Assembly (NCBI GenBank): GCA_012798115.1 | Contig: JAAZNV010000006.1 | Coordinates: 19,232 to 83,231, forward strand | DNA: 64,000 nucleotides | Origin: a candidate division WWE3 bacterium | GTDB taxonomy: Bacteria; Patescibacteriota; WWE3; UBA101185; UBA10185 | Direction: 5' to 3' | Shown: positions 1 through 9,884 of the stretch, piece by piece | How positions within the stretch are numbered: the stretch's first letter is position 1 | Layout of the letters: the number at the start of each line of letters is the position of its first letter | Position numbers and translations under genes: made by a program | The notes under the pieces: generated by a model | Told to the model about the DNA's origin: nothing | The model's input: the letters and a program-made list of their open reading frames with translations, nothing else | The model's database searches: none

Positions 1-1203
1 TTGAAGAGGTTGTCTGAAATCTAAAGACAAAATTATTACTCCTGCTAATATTTGGGCCCAGAGAACAAGATAATAAACATTTCCAATATTCTTTTCACTA
101 AGTTTATTTGAAGTTAAAATTACATTTTCTGAGATGATTCTACTTGTAGCGTCAAACACACCAAGCTGTGTTCCAAATAATGTTAATGCAACAACAATCA
201 TAAATATAGTACTTATGATAGGGAGTGACATTTGGCCTATCTTTGAACTCTCAATTATTAAGAACTCAATGTCTTGCTTGTTTCCAACTTGACCATAAAT
301 TGTTGTAAATGCTAAAAGTCCAAGTGTTAGTATTGTTATTGTTCCTGTTAACCAAAATATCAAAGCATGCTCTTTATTTATTGTCCTCCACCACTCTTTA
401 AATGTTTTTATACTTTCTTTTGTTATTTCAAATTTACTTCCAGTAATACTTGTATCCTCATTGCTCTTTTCATGAAGCAATCCTTTTATCTTTCCTGTGT
501 ATTTTCCCATTCCATATCCTTTTTCTCTTATATAACTTGATTGGGCTAAGTTTAGGTTTCCTCCAGCTCCTGCATAAGCTAGTGCACCTAAAAATGATGC
601 AATTGGTATTCCTACTGGTAAAAACCAATAGTTTTCTCCTATTCCAATAGATCCTTTTGCTAGAGCTGCCCAATGTTCTGCTTTGGCTAAGTAAAATGTT
701 AAAAAAACTAGAAAAGATACTCCAAATATAGTTACCCATTTTTGAAAATGTTCCACTGTTTTGTATAGTGTAGAACCAAAAGAAAGAATTAATCCTACTA
801 GAATTAAAAGTACTATAGAAAGTACGTGTACATTTTGAAGCCCAAATAAATTACCAATAATAGTTGCAGAAGCACTAGCTGTTCCTGGCCATATCCATGG
901 TATAAATGTAGATAGAATAAACCATATTGGTAATCTCTTAAGCTTTCTGGCAAAACCAATAAATACACTTTCTCCTCTAGCTAATGCATATCTTTCTATT
1001 TCCATGTTCATGAAGAATTGAAAGGTTATTCCTAGTATAGCTCCCCATATGATCCCCATTCCAAATTTGGATATCAGATTTGGCCATAAGATAAGCTCTC
1101 CAGTACCTAAACCAAGTCCTAGAATGATAAAGCTAGGTCCTACTAATTTGGAGAAGGGAAGTGGCTTAGGAAGCTCTTTTGTTTCAAGAGGTTTTAATAT
1201 CAT
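1..1203 (-). CDS. Polytopic membrane transporter, partial (N-terminus at 1203, C-terminus beyond the left window edge).
   Basis: Reverse-strand ATG at 1201-1203 opens a continuous hydrophobic multi-TM translation (MILKPLETKELPKPLPFSKLVGPSFIILGLGLGTGELILWP...). It is absent from the ORF track because no stop lies in the window. Family not recognised. Confidence 0.45.
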   Translation of the reverse strand, partial: MILKPLETKELPKPLPFSKLVGPSFIILGLGLGTGELILWPNLISKFGMGIIWGAILGITFQFFMNMEIERYALARGESVFIGFARKLKRLPIWFILSTFIPWIWPGTASASATIIGNLFGLQNVHVLSIVLLILVGLILSFGSTLYKTVEHFQKWVTIFGVSFLVFLTFYLAKAEHWAALAKGSIGIGENYWFLPVGIPIASFLGALAYAGAGGNLNLAQSSYIREKGYGMGKYTGKIKGLLHEKSNEDTSITGSKFEITKESIKTFKEWWRTINKEHALIFWLTGTITILTLGLLAFTTIYGQVGNKQDIEFLIIESSKIGQMSLPIISTIFMIVVALTLFGTQLGVFDATSRIISENVILTSNKLSEKNIGNVYYLVLWAQILAGVIILSLDFRQPLQ

Positions 1204-1281
1204 GCATTAATGTTATCAGCTAAATAATGTTGAAGGAAGATAAGAAACGGCGGCTTTTGTTCATCAAAAACCGCCTGGCTG

Positions 1282-1614
1282 CTACTTTAGTGGTATGTTG
1301 AAGAGCTTTGCTACAAACTTTTGTGTTGGTGTTAGATTTTTAGCTTTTTGTTTAAGTTCTATCTCAACGTTGTTTTCTTTTCCCCATGTTTTTAATATTT
1401 GTATTCTCTTTTCCTTCTGTAGCTTTTCTAGGAAGTTCATAATTGTGTTATTTTGGTTGTCATAGAATTCTATCTCTGCGTTCGGATGCGTACAGTCGTT
1501 GAATTTAATCTCTGTACCAATGCTTCCTGCTAGATTCAATAATCTTTCTTCTGGAAGAATTTCAAAATCTTCTAAGAAGATCTTAAGCAATACTTTTCTC
1601 CACTTTTGAATCAT
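1282..1614 (-). CDS. Hypothetical protein (110 aa).
   Basis: ORF with coding-like composition; no recognisable motif. Confidence 0.35.
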   Translation of the reverse strand: MIQKWRKVLLKIFLEDFEILPEERLLNLAGSIGTEIKFNDCTHPNAEIEFYDNQNNTIMNFLEKLQKEKRIQILKTWGKENNVEIELKQKAKNLTPTQKFVAKLFNIPLK

Positions 1615-1690
1615 TTCTCCTCCTCCTTACTTATTTGCTTGAATCATATACTATATTAACTTGACTTTCAAAAAGTGATATTATTTATGC

Positions 1691-1861
1691 ATGGAACCTC
1701 AAGAGGTGCAGCAACAAACCACCGTAGAGCCGGTAGTAGAAGATAAGAAAGTTGAAGCTGAAAAAGCTCCTGTTGCCGTAAATTGGAAGAAACCTCTAAC
1801 CTCCATAGTCATAATTGGAGCGTTAGCTTTAGGTTTGATGCTATTAGTAAAGTACTTATAG
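1691..1861 (+). CDS. Small C-terminally membrane-anchored protein (56 aa), below the ORF-track cutoff.
   Basis: Translation MEPQEVQQQTTVEPVVEDKKVEAEKAPVAVNWKKPLTSIVIIGALALGLMLLVKYL has an acidic N-terminus and one TM helix. It overlaps the antisense ORF 1699-1905, which looks spurious. Confidence 0.25.
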   Translation: MEPQEVQQQTTVEPVVEDKKVEAEKAPVAVNWKKPLTSIVIIGALALGLMLLVKYL

Positions 1862-2497
1862 CTTTTTCCAAAAAGACACACAGTAGATTTTTCTGTCTTT
1901 TCCAAAGCGCAATCTTTTTGCCCATGTTGTTTCTGTATCCCTTAAATCTTTTTTGCTTAGCTTCTTGTAGTCGTCAAGGGTAAATCCGTAAGATTCAAAT
2001 GATGGAATAATGGTTTTTATTACTAACTCTTCTTCCATTGGAGGTAAGTTTAGTCTTTTTGATTCAGATGGTTCAAGTTCAGGGGTATATCCAAACGTAG
2101 TTATTAATTTCCCATCTTTTTTAAGTAAATTAAATATTTTCAATACAAAGTCTTTTTTTGGCTTGACAATGCTTTCTAATAATGTCCCCCATGGGAGGGT
2201 AATATATATCTTGTCTACACTGTTGTTAGCAATGATCGGCATTTGCTCCATAGAACCAACGATAAAAAGAACGTTATTTACTTTCCTCCTTAATGCTTTT
2301 TTTGAATAAACTCTTAGTTGTTTCTCTGATGGATCTACTCCTATGTACAAAACATTACAGTTGATCAACCCATTTTTATATACAAACCTTCCGTCACCAG
2401 TTCCAATATCAACTACTACTGATGAGTATGTAGAAATTATTTTATTTAGTTCTTCATTGGTTAATTCCTTTTGTTTGTTCCCAACAACCAATCGCAT
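1856..2497 (-). CDS. Class I SAM-dependent methyltransferase (possibly an rRNA/tRNA methyltransferase).
   Basis: Glycine-rich motif I, VVDIGTGDGRF, is typical of the Rossmann-fold MTase SAM pocket. Confidence 0.55.
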   Translation of the reverse strand: MRLVVGNKQKELTNEELNKIISTYSSVVVDIGTGDGRFVYKNGLINCNVLYIGVDPSEKQLRVYSKKALRRKVNNVLFIVGSMEQMPIIANNSVDKIYITLPWGTLLESIVKPKKDFVLKIFNLLKKDGKLITTFGYTPELEPSESKRLNLPPMEEELVIKTIIPSFESYGFTLDDYKKLSKKDLRDTETTWAKRLRFGKDRKIYCVSFWKKL

Positions 2498-2640
2498 AGC
2501 GCAATAATATCATACAAGATATCTTGATTAATTTGCTTTTTATGTCAAAATATCTTCATTATGCCAAGACACAAGAAAAGAAATCTTAGACAAATGAACA
2601 AAAAGATAAAAAGAACCAAGAAGAAAATGCACAGAGTTTG

Positions 2641-3354
2641 TTAATTTCCTCCAAATCTTCTTTCTCTCTGCGAGAAATTCTTAACTGCTTCTTCCAGCTG
2701 TTTTACCCCAAAATCTGGGAAGTATGTGTCTGTGAAGTAAAGTTCTGCATAAGCACATTGCCAGGACATAAAACCACTTAGCCTCTTTTCTCCTCCTGTT
2801 CTAATAATCAAGTCTATTTGTGGTAATGAAGCTGTATCCAAGTTCTTTTCTATATTTTCTTGTGTAATTTCCTCTTTGTCTTCTTTCATCTTTTTCATTA
2901 CTCTTAGCAATTCATCATGTCCACCATAGTCAACTCCTATTGCTACTGTAAAATCATTAAAACCCTTAGTAGATTCTTCCACATCTTCAAGGGTTTTTCT
3001 TGTTTCTTCAGGAATTCTATCTTTTCTTCCAAGGTGAATAAACTTTGTTTTCTTTTCTTGGCATTTCTTTTTATACCTTTCAGCAAGCCCCCCAATTAAA
3101 GAAAAAAGATATTTTACTTCTTCTTTAGATCTCTTCCAATTTTCAGTAGAAAAGGCCCATCCTGTGAAGCATAAAATTCCAAGTTCCTTTGCTCTTTCTG
3201 CTAGTTTCTCAAAATTATCTGCTCCTCTTCTATGTCCTTCTAAAGATGGCAACCCTTTTTCCTTAGCCCATCTTCTGTTTCCATCCATTATTATAGCTAC
3301 ATGTTTTGGGACAGATAATATATTTTGAGTATCTTGTGACATAGACAGAGACAA
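2641..3354 (-). CDS. uppS: Undecaprenyl pyrophosphate synthase (isoprenyl transferase).
   Basis: HVAIIMDGNRRWA signature, downstream RTGGEKRLSGF and C-terminal ERRFGG. Confidence 0.9.
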   Translation of the reverse strand: MSLSMSQDTQNILSVPKHVAIIMDGNRRWAKEKGLPSLEGHRRGADNFEKLAERAKELGILCFTGWAFSTENWKRSKEEVKYLFSLIGGLAERYKKKCQEKKTKFIHLGRKDRIPEETRKTLEDVEESTKGFNDFTVAIGVDYGGHDELLRVMKKMKEDKEEITQENIEKNLDTASLPQIDLIIRTGGEKRLSGFMSWQCAYAELYFTDTYFPDFGVKQLEEAVKNFSQRERRFGGN

Positions 3355-3384
3355 TTATATCAAATAAAGGCTGTTAAGATTATA

Positions 3385-3948
3385 TTAGTTATGGAATTCT
3401 GATGCAGATAACCACTCAGGGGTTGGAAGGTTTTTGTAGTTTTTATTTGGAATAAACGTAGCATTTTCATTCCTATTTACCAGAAAATACCCCATCCCTC
3501 CAAGTTTTTCTATTTGACTGTAATCTTGAGGGGGATGCCCATCCTTCCAATCATCAAGTGTAATTAAGGGCTCAGTACCAATGTTAGACCATGAGTGACC
3601 CCACTCCACTGATATTTCTATTTCATCTCCTGGCATAAGCTCTACAAAGCATATCCTTTCAATGTTTTCTGGACTCCAGTCATCATCAACAAACTTTCTT
3701 TTTTGCATTAGTAGAATGCCTTGACCACAAAGAAGCTTATATCTTTCTATAGAGTTGCTACTTGTGTGATAATGCCCGAAAGTTTTAGGAAATTCTTCTC
3801 CAAAACTTCTAGGAGATATTACAGTCATGTTTTCCCATTTCTTGGAGACATTAGAAAATACCCAGTACACAGGACTAGATCCAGAAACATTTTTATCCAA
3901 TAACACAGGGGACATTTCACTTAAGGTACGTGTAGACTTGAGCAGCAT
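3385..3948 (-). CDS. Cupin-type sugar-phosphate isomerase, most like archaeal-type cupin glucose-6-phosphate isomerase.
   Basis: TFGHYHTS...E metal-binding cupin motif (GHxH...E); about 187 aa. Confidence 0.45.
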   Translation of the reverse strand: MLLKSTRTLSEMSPVLLDKNVSGSSPVYWVFSNVSKKWENMTVISPRSFGEEFPKTFGHYHTSSNSIERYKLLCGQGILLMQKRKFVDDDWSPENIERICFVELMPGDEIEISVEWGHSWSNIGTEPLITLDDWKDGHPPQDYSQIEKLGGMGYFLVNRNENATFIPNKNYKNLPTPEWLSASEFHN

Positions 3949-3999
3949 ATTTAAAGTATATAATTTTTATTAAACTTTAAAAGCCACAAACTAACATTA

Positions 4000-4722
4000 C
4001 TAATACTTAACAAGTATGTTTATCTTTGCATCTTTTCTAATTGAATCAAGCCAAGTTTGAAATTCAGTGCTAATCTTTTGTTGAACAAGCTGTTGTTTAA
4101 CTAATGTTTTAACATCTTCCATGTTTGTTCCTTCTGGAAGAGATGCTTTATTATCATCAATATACTTTTGGACTTCCTCGTCAGTTACTGTAGCTTTGTC
4201 AGCTAATATCCTTTCTATCAACTTCTGCAGTTCAATATTCTCAATTAGTTCATCTCTTGTCATTCCTTGTGAGGCTAATATCTCTTCAAGAGTTTGATTT
4301 TGTCCTTTTAAACTTTCTTCTATGTTTGTCATTTCATCATTAATTTCTTCTTTAGTTATTTTTATTCCTTTCTTCTTACCTTCTTGCCTTATTAATTCTT
4401 CTGTAATTATAGAATTTAACGTTGTAAGACCTTGATTCTTCTCTAATCTTCTTACTACCATCGACCTTGATATTGGTTTTCCATTGATAGTTGCTGCTAT
4501 GAAGTAACTTTTCAAGAAAAGACCAAATAGGAAAGCTATGAGTATAGCAATAACTCCTATAGAAAGAAGCTTGTTTTCCTTAAACCATTTTCTTAGATCA
4601 ATTTTCTTAAAGAAGGTTTTAATTTTGTTACACATATTGCATTTGGGTAGTTTATTATCGGATTTTTTGAAAAATCCTTTGATTTTATTTAATATTTTCT
4701 TCATTGGCAAAGTATAACACAA
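4000..4722 (-). CDS. Membrane-anchored SurA-N-terminal-domain chaperone-like protein (PrsA/SurA-like, no obvious PPIase domain).
   Basis: N-terminal TM helix then helical domain ...INGKPISRSMVVRRLEKNQG..., like SurA_N/PpiD N-domains. Start is ambiguous (Met at 4722 or 4704). Confidence 0.5.
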   Translation of the reverse strand: MCYTLPMKKILNKIKGFFKKSDNKLPKCNMCNKIKTFFKKIDLRKWFKENKLLSIGVIAILIAFLFGLFLKSYFIAATINGKPISRSMVVRRLEKNQGLTTLNSIITEELIRQEGKKKGIKITKEEINDEMTNIEESLKGQNQTLEEILASQGMTRDELIENIELQKLIERILADKATVTDEEVQKYIDDNKASLPEGTNMEDVKTLVKQQLVQQKISTEFQTWLDSIRKDAKINILVKY

Positions 4723-4769
4723 ATATTGTGTTTATCTTATCTACTGGTTTAATTGAGTATAATATAGCC

Positions 4770-5300
4770 ATGGTTTTGAGTGTAAATGACATAGATACTA
4801 TATCTCTATTGCTTAGTGAAGGCAAAATCGGTGTTTTACCTACGGATACAATCTATGGTATCCATTGTTTGGAAAACAGGAAGGATCTTATAGATAAGAT
4901 TAGTTGTATAAAAGGGAGGGAAAAATCTATACCCATGATAACAATGATCTGTAGCAATAAAGATTTAATGAACTTTGGAGTAAAGCTGGGAGAATTTGAA
5001 GATAAGATAATTTCTGAGTATTGGCCTGGACCAAATACTCTAATTTTTGATTTAGAACATAACGTCACGAAATCGTTTAGATTGCCGAATAATCATTTCT
5101 TGTTGTCTGTAATAAAGAAGAGTGGCTCATTAGTTTCAACTAGTGCAAATCCACATGGTATGTCTCCTTCCACGAATATTAATCAAGCAATAAGATACTT
5201 TGGGAAAAAAGTAGATTTTTATGTTGATGGCGGAGAGTTAGATAATCCACCGTCCAGCATCTATAAATTATCAAATAATAAGTTAGTAAAGATTAGATAA
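4770..5300 (+). CDS. tsaC: L-threonylcarbamoyladenylate synthase (TsaC/YrdC family).
   Basis: GVLPTDTIYGI and STSANPHG motifs. The start is set at the internal ATG 4770 to avoid the head-on overlap the track ORF (4704) has with the neighbour. Confidence 0.8.
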   Translation: MVLSVNDIDTISLLLSEGKIGVLPTDTIYGIHCLENRKDLIDKISCIKGREKSIPMITMICSNKDLMNFGVKLGEFEDKIISEYWPGPNTLIFDLEHNVTKSFRLPNNHFLLSVIKKSGSLVSTSANPHGMSPSTNINQAIRYFGKKVDFYVDGGELDNPPSSIYKLSNNKLVKIR

Positions 5301-5343
5301 TATTGGTTTGACAATAAATACTTATTGGAGATAGTATTGAGCC

Positions 5344-6117
5344 ATGAGCACTGATACTTTGTTGAATAGCTTTGGGGAAAAGAATAAGGAAGACGTCAGA
5401 AGTTGTTTGCTTAAGCTGCTTCCACATGTCAATATAAATAACTTAATACTGTGTGGTGGCCTTGCTGTAAGGTATCATCTTAGGAGGAGTAACAAGACTT
5501 TTGATTACGGCAGGGAGTTTAATGACTTAGATTTTCTCCTGAAGGATGTAGGTGATTTAAAATCCTCCATCTGCAAAGATTTGATTGTGTATCATTACCA
5601 TGATTACACAAATAAAAAGAAAGAACATGCAGATGATTTTTTCGTGGCTCTTGTTGATAGATCTTCTAAGGTAAAATTAGACATATTTAGTTATGTTCCT
5701 TATACGCCTTTTGACGTTGAGGAAGTCGAGTTTGAGAACGTGAAAATAAAGATTAGGAATCCTGAAGACCAGTTAGCTACTCAGATTCTTGAAAGTGCTG
5801 TTGTTCTTGAAGGTGGAACTATTAATCCAAAGTGGATTGAGAATATCGAGATGTTACTAACGATATCAGATTCTGATAAGGCTAATAAATACTTTCATAG
5901 TAAACATTACTATAATGGAAGAGAAGAAAATCCTTTTACTGAAAATGTGTTGGATGTATACGAAAGAATAAAGAATAAAATAAAAGTTAATCCGGAGGTT
6001 CTTGCAACTAAATCCACCAAAAGAACCCCATACAAGTGTGAGTTATGTGAGAATAAAAATGGATTTACTGTTTCTCCTATGGAAAATGTGTATAAAGTAC
6101 TTGGATATACGGAATAA
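5344..6117 (+). CDS. Hypothetical protein, possibly nucleotidyltransferase-like with a C-terminal CxxC.
   Basis: LILCGGLAV...FNDLDFLL (GG...DxD-like) and YKCELCENKNG; weak. Confidence 0.35.
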   Translation: MSTDTLLNSFGEKNKEDVRSCLLKLLPHVNINNLILCGGLAVRYHLRRSNKTFDYGREFNDLDFLLKDVGDLKSSICKDLIVYHYHDYTNKKKEHADDFFVALVDRSSKVKLDIFSYVPYTPFDVEEVEFENVKIKIRNPEDQLATQILESAVVLEGGTINPKWIENIEMLLTISDSDKANKYFHSKHYYNGREENPFTENVLDVYERIKNKIKVNPEVLATKSTKRTPYKCELCENKNGFTVSPMENVYKVLGYTE

Positions 6118-6152
6118 GAAAGAGTCATCAATATCACATCATTTTTGTTTGA

Positions 6153-7715
6153 ATGTCATATAATTATTTCATGAGCAAAACTGTTAAGGTTTTAAGTGTG
6201 CTAATCTTTATAGCTTTGTATTTAGGAACTAGGCTTCCAAGGGCTGGAACGACCATAGTTAATACAGATGAAGTGTATTGGCATGACAGATCAGAAAGAT
6301 TTCTTAATGCGCTTGCTTCTAAGAAGTATGTTGATACATTTCAAAAATATCATCCTGGAGTCCCCCTCATGTGGGAAATATCTCTAACTGCACAGTTATT
6401 AAGCATGAAGGATCATAAGGCTACTATTGAGATATTTAATGATTTTGAGTATCTTCATACAAACACTCAACTTCTCTTGATCATTTGGTTTTTATTTTTA
6501 TCTATTCTTTTAATGATATTTTTGAATAAGGCAATCAATAACTGGTGGTTATCATTACTTTTTGTGGTTATTCTTAGTCTAGAGCCATTTTATATTGGCA
6601 ACTCAAGATTAATCCATCATGATGCTCAAATATCCTTGTGTGTAATTATTGCTATTGTTTTTACTTATTTAACTTCAAAAAAGCAAAATATTTTTTATAT
6701 CTTCTTAGCTTCATTCTTCTTAGCAATAGGAGCTTTAAGTAAAACATTATTTGTTGGAGCTTTCTTGTTCTGTTTATTTGCTGGAGCGCTAATTACATTC
6801 CTTAATCAAGGTTTAAAAAAGATGTTAGTTTATATTTCTTGTATTTCTCTTGGTTTCATATTTTTTTATACAGTCCTTTTTCCTGCCATATGGGTTGCTC
6901 CTGTTGAAACTTTAAACAAGATATTTATGCAAAGTTATCAAGTAGGGGAGGAAGAAGGACACACTCAAATATTCTTTGGAAGAGAAACTAGAACTCCTGG
7001 GTTTTGGTTTTATCCTATTCTCTTGGTCTTAAAGACATCTCCATTCATGATTTTAGGGATAGTCATTTATATTGTTGATGTTCTTGCTTCCTTGTTTAAA
7101 AAGATAAAAGATAGAAAGTTTTGTGGTGTAAAAGATATCTCTTATATATCTTTTGCTGGTATCTTCTACTTGGGGTACTTTTGTGTAATTATGTTCTTTA
7201 GCAAAAAAGTAGATAGGTATGTTGTTCCTATTTACCCTTATCTTGCTCTAATGGCAACTTATGGGTGGTATAAGTTAGTTAAGAAGAAGAAGTTTGTTGT
7301 CTTTCCTGTGGCACTTTTCTTAACTACAGTTGTTTATCAGCTATTTACTCTCTTTCCACATTACTTAATGTATGTGAATCCCTTAGTGGGAGATGCCAAA
7401 AAAGCTAACGAAATTATTGGGCAAAAACTCTTTGGTATTGGAGTATTTGATTTAAGACAAAAGATAATTGATAGATATGGGGATAGTATGAGCATTGGTA
7501 GCAGTGACTTTGGTCCTTTGAAATCAATCTATCCAAAAGGAGTTGTTTATAACGTTCTTGTTGAACATCCTAATAGTTTTAAAGTTATGATTTTAGGTCC
7601 TAATAAAGAACTTCCGGAGTCCATACGAAAAGATCCAAATATTAAGTTTAAGCAGGTTGATTCTGTTTATATTAATGGTCTAGAGTTTTGGCGGATTTAT
7701 CAAAGGAATTACTAA
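6153..7715 (+). CDS. GT-C family glycosyltransferase (ArnT/PMT-like, lipid-carrier dependent), about 12 TM.
   Basis: N-terminal GTRLPRAGTTIVNTDEVYWHDRSERF..YHPGVPLMW resembles GT39/GT83 loop-1 motifs; polytopic. Confidence 0.55.
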   Translation: MSYNYFMSKTVKVLSVLIFIALYLGTRLPRAGTTIVNTDEVYWHDRSERFLNALASKKYVDTFQKYHPGVPLMWEISLTAQLLSMKDHKATIEIFNDFEYLHTNTQLLLIIWFLFLSILLMIFLNKAINNWWLSLLFVVILSLEPFYIGNSRLIHHDAQISLCVIIAIVFTYLTSKKQNIFYIFLASFFLAIGALSKTLFVGAFLFCLFAGALITFLNQGLKKMLVYISCISLGFIFFYTVLFPAIWVAPVETLNKIFMQSYQVGEEEGHTQIFFGRETRTPGFWFYPILLVLKTSPFMILGIVIYIVDVLASLFKKIKDRKFCGVKDISYISFAGIFYLGYFCVIMFFSKKVDRYVVPIYPYLALMATYGWYKLVKKKKFVVFPVALFLTTVVYQLFTLFPHYLMYVNPLVGDAKKANEIIGQKLFGIGVFDLRQKIIDRYGDSMSIGSSDFGPLKSIYPKGVVYNVLVEHPNSFKVMILGPNKELPESIRKDPNIKFKQVDSVYINGLEFWRIYQRNY

Positions 7716-7733
7716 GTGGAGTATTAAATCACA

Positions 7734-7973
7734 TTACTTTTGTGTATCTGGTCTTTGTATAGGCTTATCTCCATTAAACAATCTCTGTTGCGGAGAAATC
7801 ATCTTTCTTTGCTGGAAGTTTCTCCTAGTAGATTCTTGTTCATAATATCTCCCTAAATAAAATCCTATTAAAGATGCTATTAGAAAAGTAGATACTACTA
7901 TTAACATAGTTTGTTGTTTGATATTTTTATCTCCTTTAATTGAATCTATTATTTTGTTAAATAGTTTATTCAT
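7734..7973 (-). CDS. Small membrane protein (79 aa) at the 3' end of the efflux operon.
   Basis: Single TM (LIVVSTFLIASLIGFYLG); overlaps the permease stop. Confidence 0.35.
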   Translation of the reverse strand: MNKLFNKIIDSIKGDKNIKQQTMLIVVSTFLIASLIGFYLGRYYEQESTRRNFQQRKMISPQQRLFNGDKPIQRPDTQK

Positions 7974-9189
7974 ATCTTAATGCTTCAATAGGTTGTAGCT
8001 TTGAAGCCTTATATGCTGGATACCAACCAAATATGATTCCAATCAAGCATGAAACTACAACAGACAACACTATTGATTGATATGATATTGCTGTTGGCAA
8101 GGACATTGCCTTTGTTATGATGGTAGATGCACCAACTCCAATAAGCACCCCAAGCATCCCTCCTGTAATTGTTAGAACTACAGCTTCGGTAAGGAACTGT
8201 GTTATTATGGTCCTGCTCTTTGCACCTAGAGACATTCTCAGCCCTATCTCCATAGTTCTTTCAGTTACTGTTACAAGCATAATATTCATGATTCCTATTC
8301 CTCCCACAATAAGAGAAATAGCTGCTATTCCTGTGAGAAGTGTTGTGAAAGTACTAGTTACTTCAGTTGCCGTCTCGAGAATGTCTGCTTGAGATGAGAC
8401 TGTAAAATCTGCGTCCGAAGGAGTAGCTTTATTATGAAGTTCTAGCAAGAGAAATCCCAATTGATTTTGTGCTGCTTCCATAAGATCATCATTCTTAGCA
8501 GTTACATAAATAGTACTAATGTAATCAACCCCAAATAGTACTTTTTGAGCAGTTTGAAGAGGAACGTATGCAATATCATCAGAATTTCCAACTCCAGAAC
8601 TTCCTTTTGATTTAGTAACACCTACTACAGTGAAAGAAGTACCATTTATTCTAATACTCTTACCGATTGGATTCACATTTGTACCAAATAAATCTTCCAC
8701 GACCGTTGGTCCAAGCACTACAACTTTTTCCATATTTTGATTTTGTTGTTCTGTAATAGGAGAACCTACTGTCAAGGTAATGTTTCTACTATCAAAATAT
8801 TCACCTGTTACACCAGATACTTGTATGTTTGTGTTATTTCTTCCATATACAAGCTGAGTTCTTGAACTGTACTCTGCAGCTACTTTTTGTATTGTGTTTA
8901 TTCTTTGAGATGCCTCTATAGCTTTGGCGTCAGAGTATTTTAATGTTGTATTTCCTGAAGCCGATCCACGTAAGAAGCCACTTCTTTGGGCACCTGGTCT
9001 AACAATTAATAGATTTGACCCTAGTGATTGAATTCTGTTTTTAACACTCTGTTGACTTGCTTGACCGAGTGTCATAAGGGTGATTACTGATCCAATACCT
9101 ATAATAATTCCTAGAGCAGATAGTGCTGTCCTCATACCGTTTGTTTTTAGTACTGATATACTTTCTTCAAATATTTCAATTAATCTCAT
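7966..9189 (-). CDS. ABC transporter permease, MacB/FtsX family.
   Basis: N-terminal TM, large periplasmic domain, C-terminal FtsX-like four-TM bundle; overlaps the ATPase gene. Confidence 0.85.
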   Translation of the reverse strand: MRLIEIFEESISVLKTNGMRTALSALGIIIGIGSVITLMTLGQASQQSVKNRIQSLGSNLLIVRPGAQRSGFLRGSASGNTTLKYSDAKAIEASQRINTIQKVAAEYSSRTQLVYGRNNTNIQVSGVTGEYFDSRNITLTVGSPITEQQNQNMEKVVVLGPTVVEDLFGTNVNPIGKSIRINGTSFTVVGVTKSKGSSGVGNSDDIAYVPLQTAQKVLFGVDYISTIYVTAKNDDLMEAAQNQLGFLLLELHNKATPSDADFTVSSQADILETATEVTSTFTTLLTGIAAISLIVGGIGIMNIMLVTVTERTMEIGLRMSLGAKSRTIITQFLTEAVVLTITGGMLGVLIGVGASTIITKAMSLPTAISYQSIVLSVVVSCLIGIIFGWYPAYKASKLQPIEALRYE

Positions 9190-9863
9190 ATATTTTTTTG
9201 ATCGCTAACTATACGACCATCTACCAAAGTTAATACGCGCCTTGCCTTTTTTGCTATATCATCATTGTGTGTGATTATGATAACAGTGTGTCCGTTTTTA
9301 TTTAATTCCTCAAAAAGTGAAATAATTTCATTACTTTGATTAGTTGGTAAGTTACCAGTAGGTTCATCGGCTAATATTATTGCTGGTTCCATTGTCAAAG
9401 CTCTAGCAATAGCAACACGTTGCTTTTGTCCCCCCGATAGTTGGTTAGGAACGCTTCTAAGTTTGTCTTCCAACCCTACAACTTTCAACATCTTTTCAGC
9501 TTTTTTAATCCGTTCTTTTTTTGGTATTCCTCCATATGCCATAGGTAACATGACATTCTTTAGAGAAGACATACGAGGGAGTAGGTTATAAGATTGAAAC
9601 ACAAAACCAATTTCTTTGTTTCTTATTTCTGCTAACTCATCTTTTTTCATATTTTCAACATTCTTTCCATTCAGGATATATTCACCGGAAGTGGGTTTAT
9701 CAAGTGCTCCTAAGATATGCATTAAAGTAGATTTACCAGATCCGGAAGGTCCAATAATAGCTACAAATTCTCCTTTTTCAACCTTGAAGGAAACATCCAC
9801 TAAAGCTTGTGTTTCAACCCCTCCGTTAGAATATGTTTTTGACAATTTCTTTACTTCAATCAT
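9186..9863 (-). CDS. ABC transporter ATP-binding protein (MacB/LolD-like).
   Basis: Walker [10 protein letters not shown], signature [15 protein letters not shown], Walker [11 protein letters not shown]. Confidence 0.9.
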   Translation of the reverse strand: MIEVKKLSKTYSNGGVETQALVDVSFKVEKGEFVAIIGPSGSGKSTLMHILGALDKPTSGEYILNGKNVENMKKDELAEIRNKEIGFVFQSYNLLPRMSSLKNVMLPMAYGGIPKKERIKKAEKMLKVVGLEDKLRSVPNQLSGGQKQRVAIARALTMEPAIILADEPTGNLPTNQSNEIISLFEELNKNGHTVIIITHNDDIAKKARRVLTLVDGRIVSDQKNI

Positions 9864-9884
9864 AGACTTGAGCCTTAGTTTGAA

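Noticed and set aside
1699-1905. 68-aa minus-strand ORF.
   Set aside because: Overlaps a more plausible 56-aa plus-strand membrane-protein ORF and has odd composition (CCCTS end). Likely spurious.
4704-4722. Head-on 19-nt overlap between the track ORFs for tsaC (plus, from 4704) and the SurA-like gene (minus, to 4722).
   Set aside because: Most simply resolved by using the internal ATG 4770 for tsaC (and/or Met 4704 for the minus gene), so it is not a real feature.
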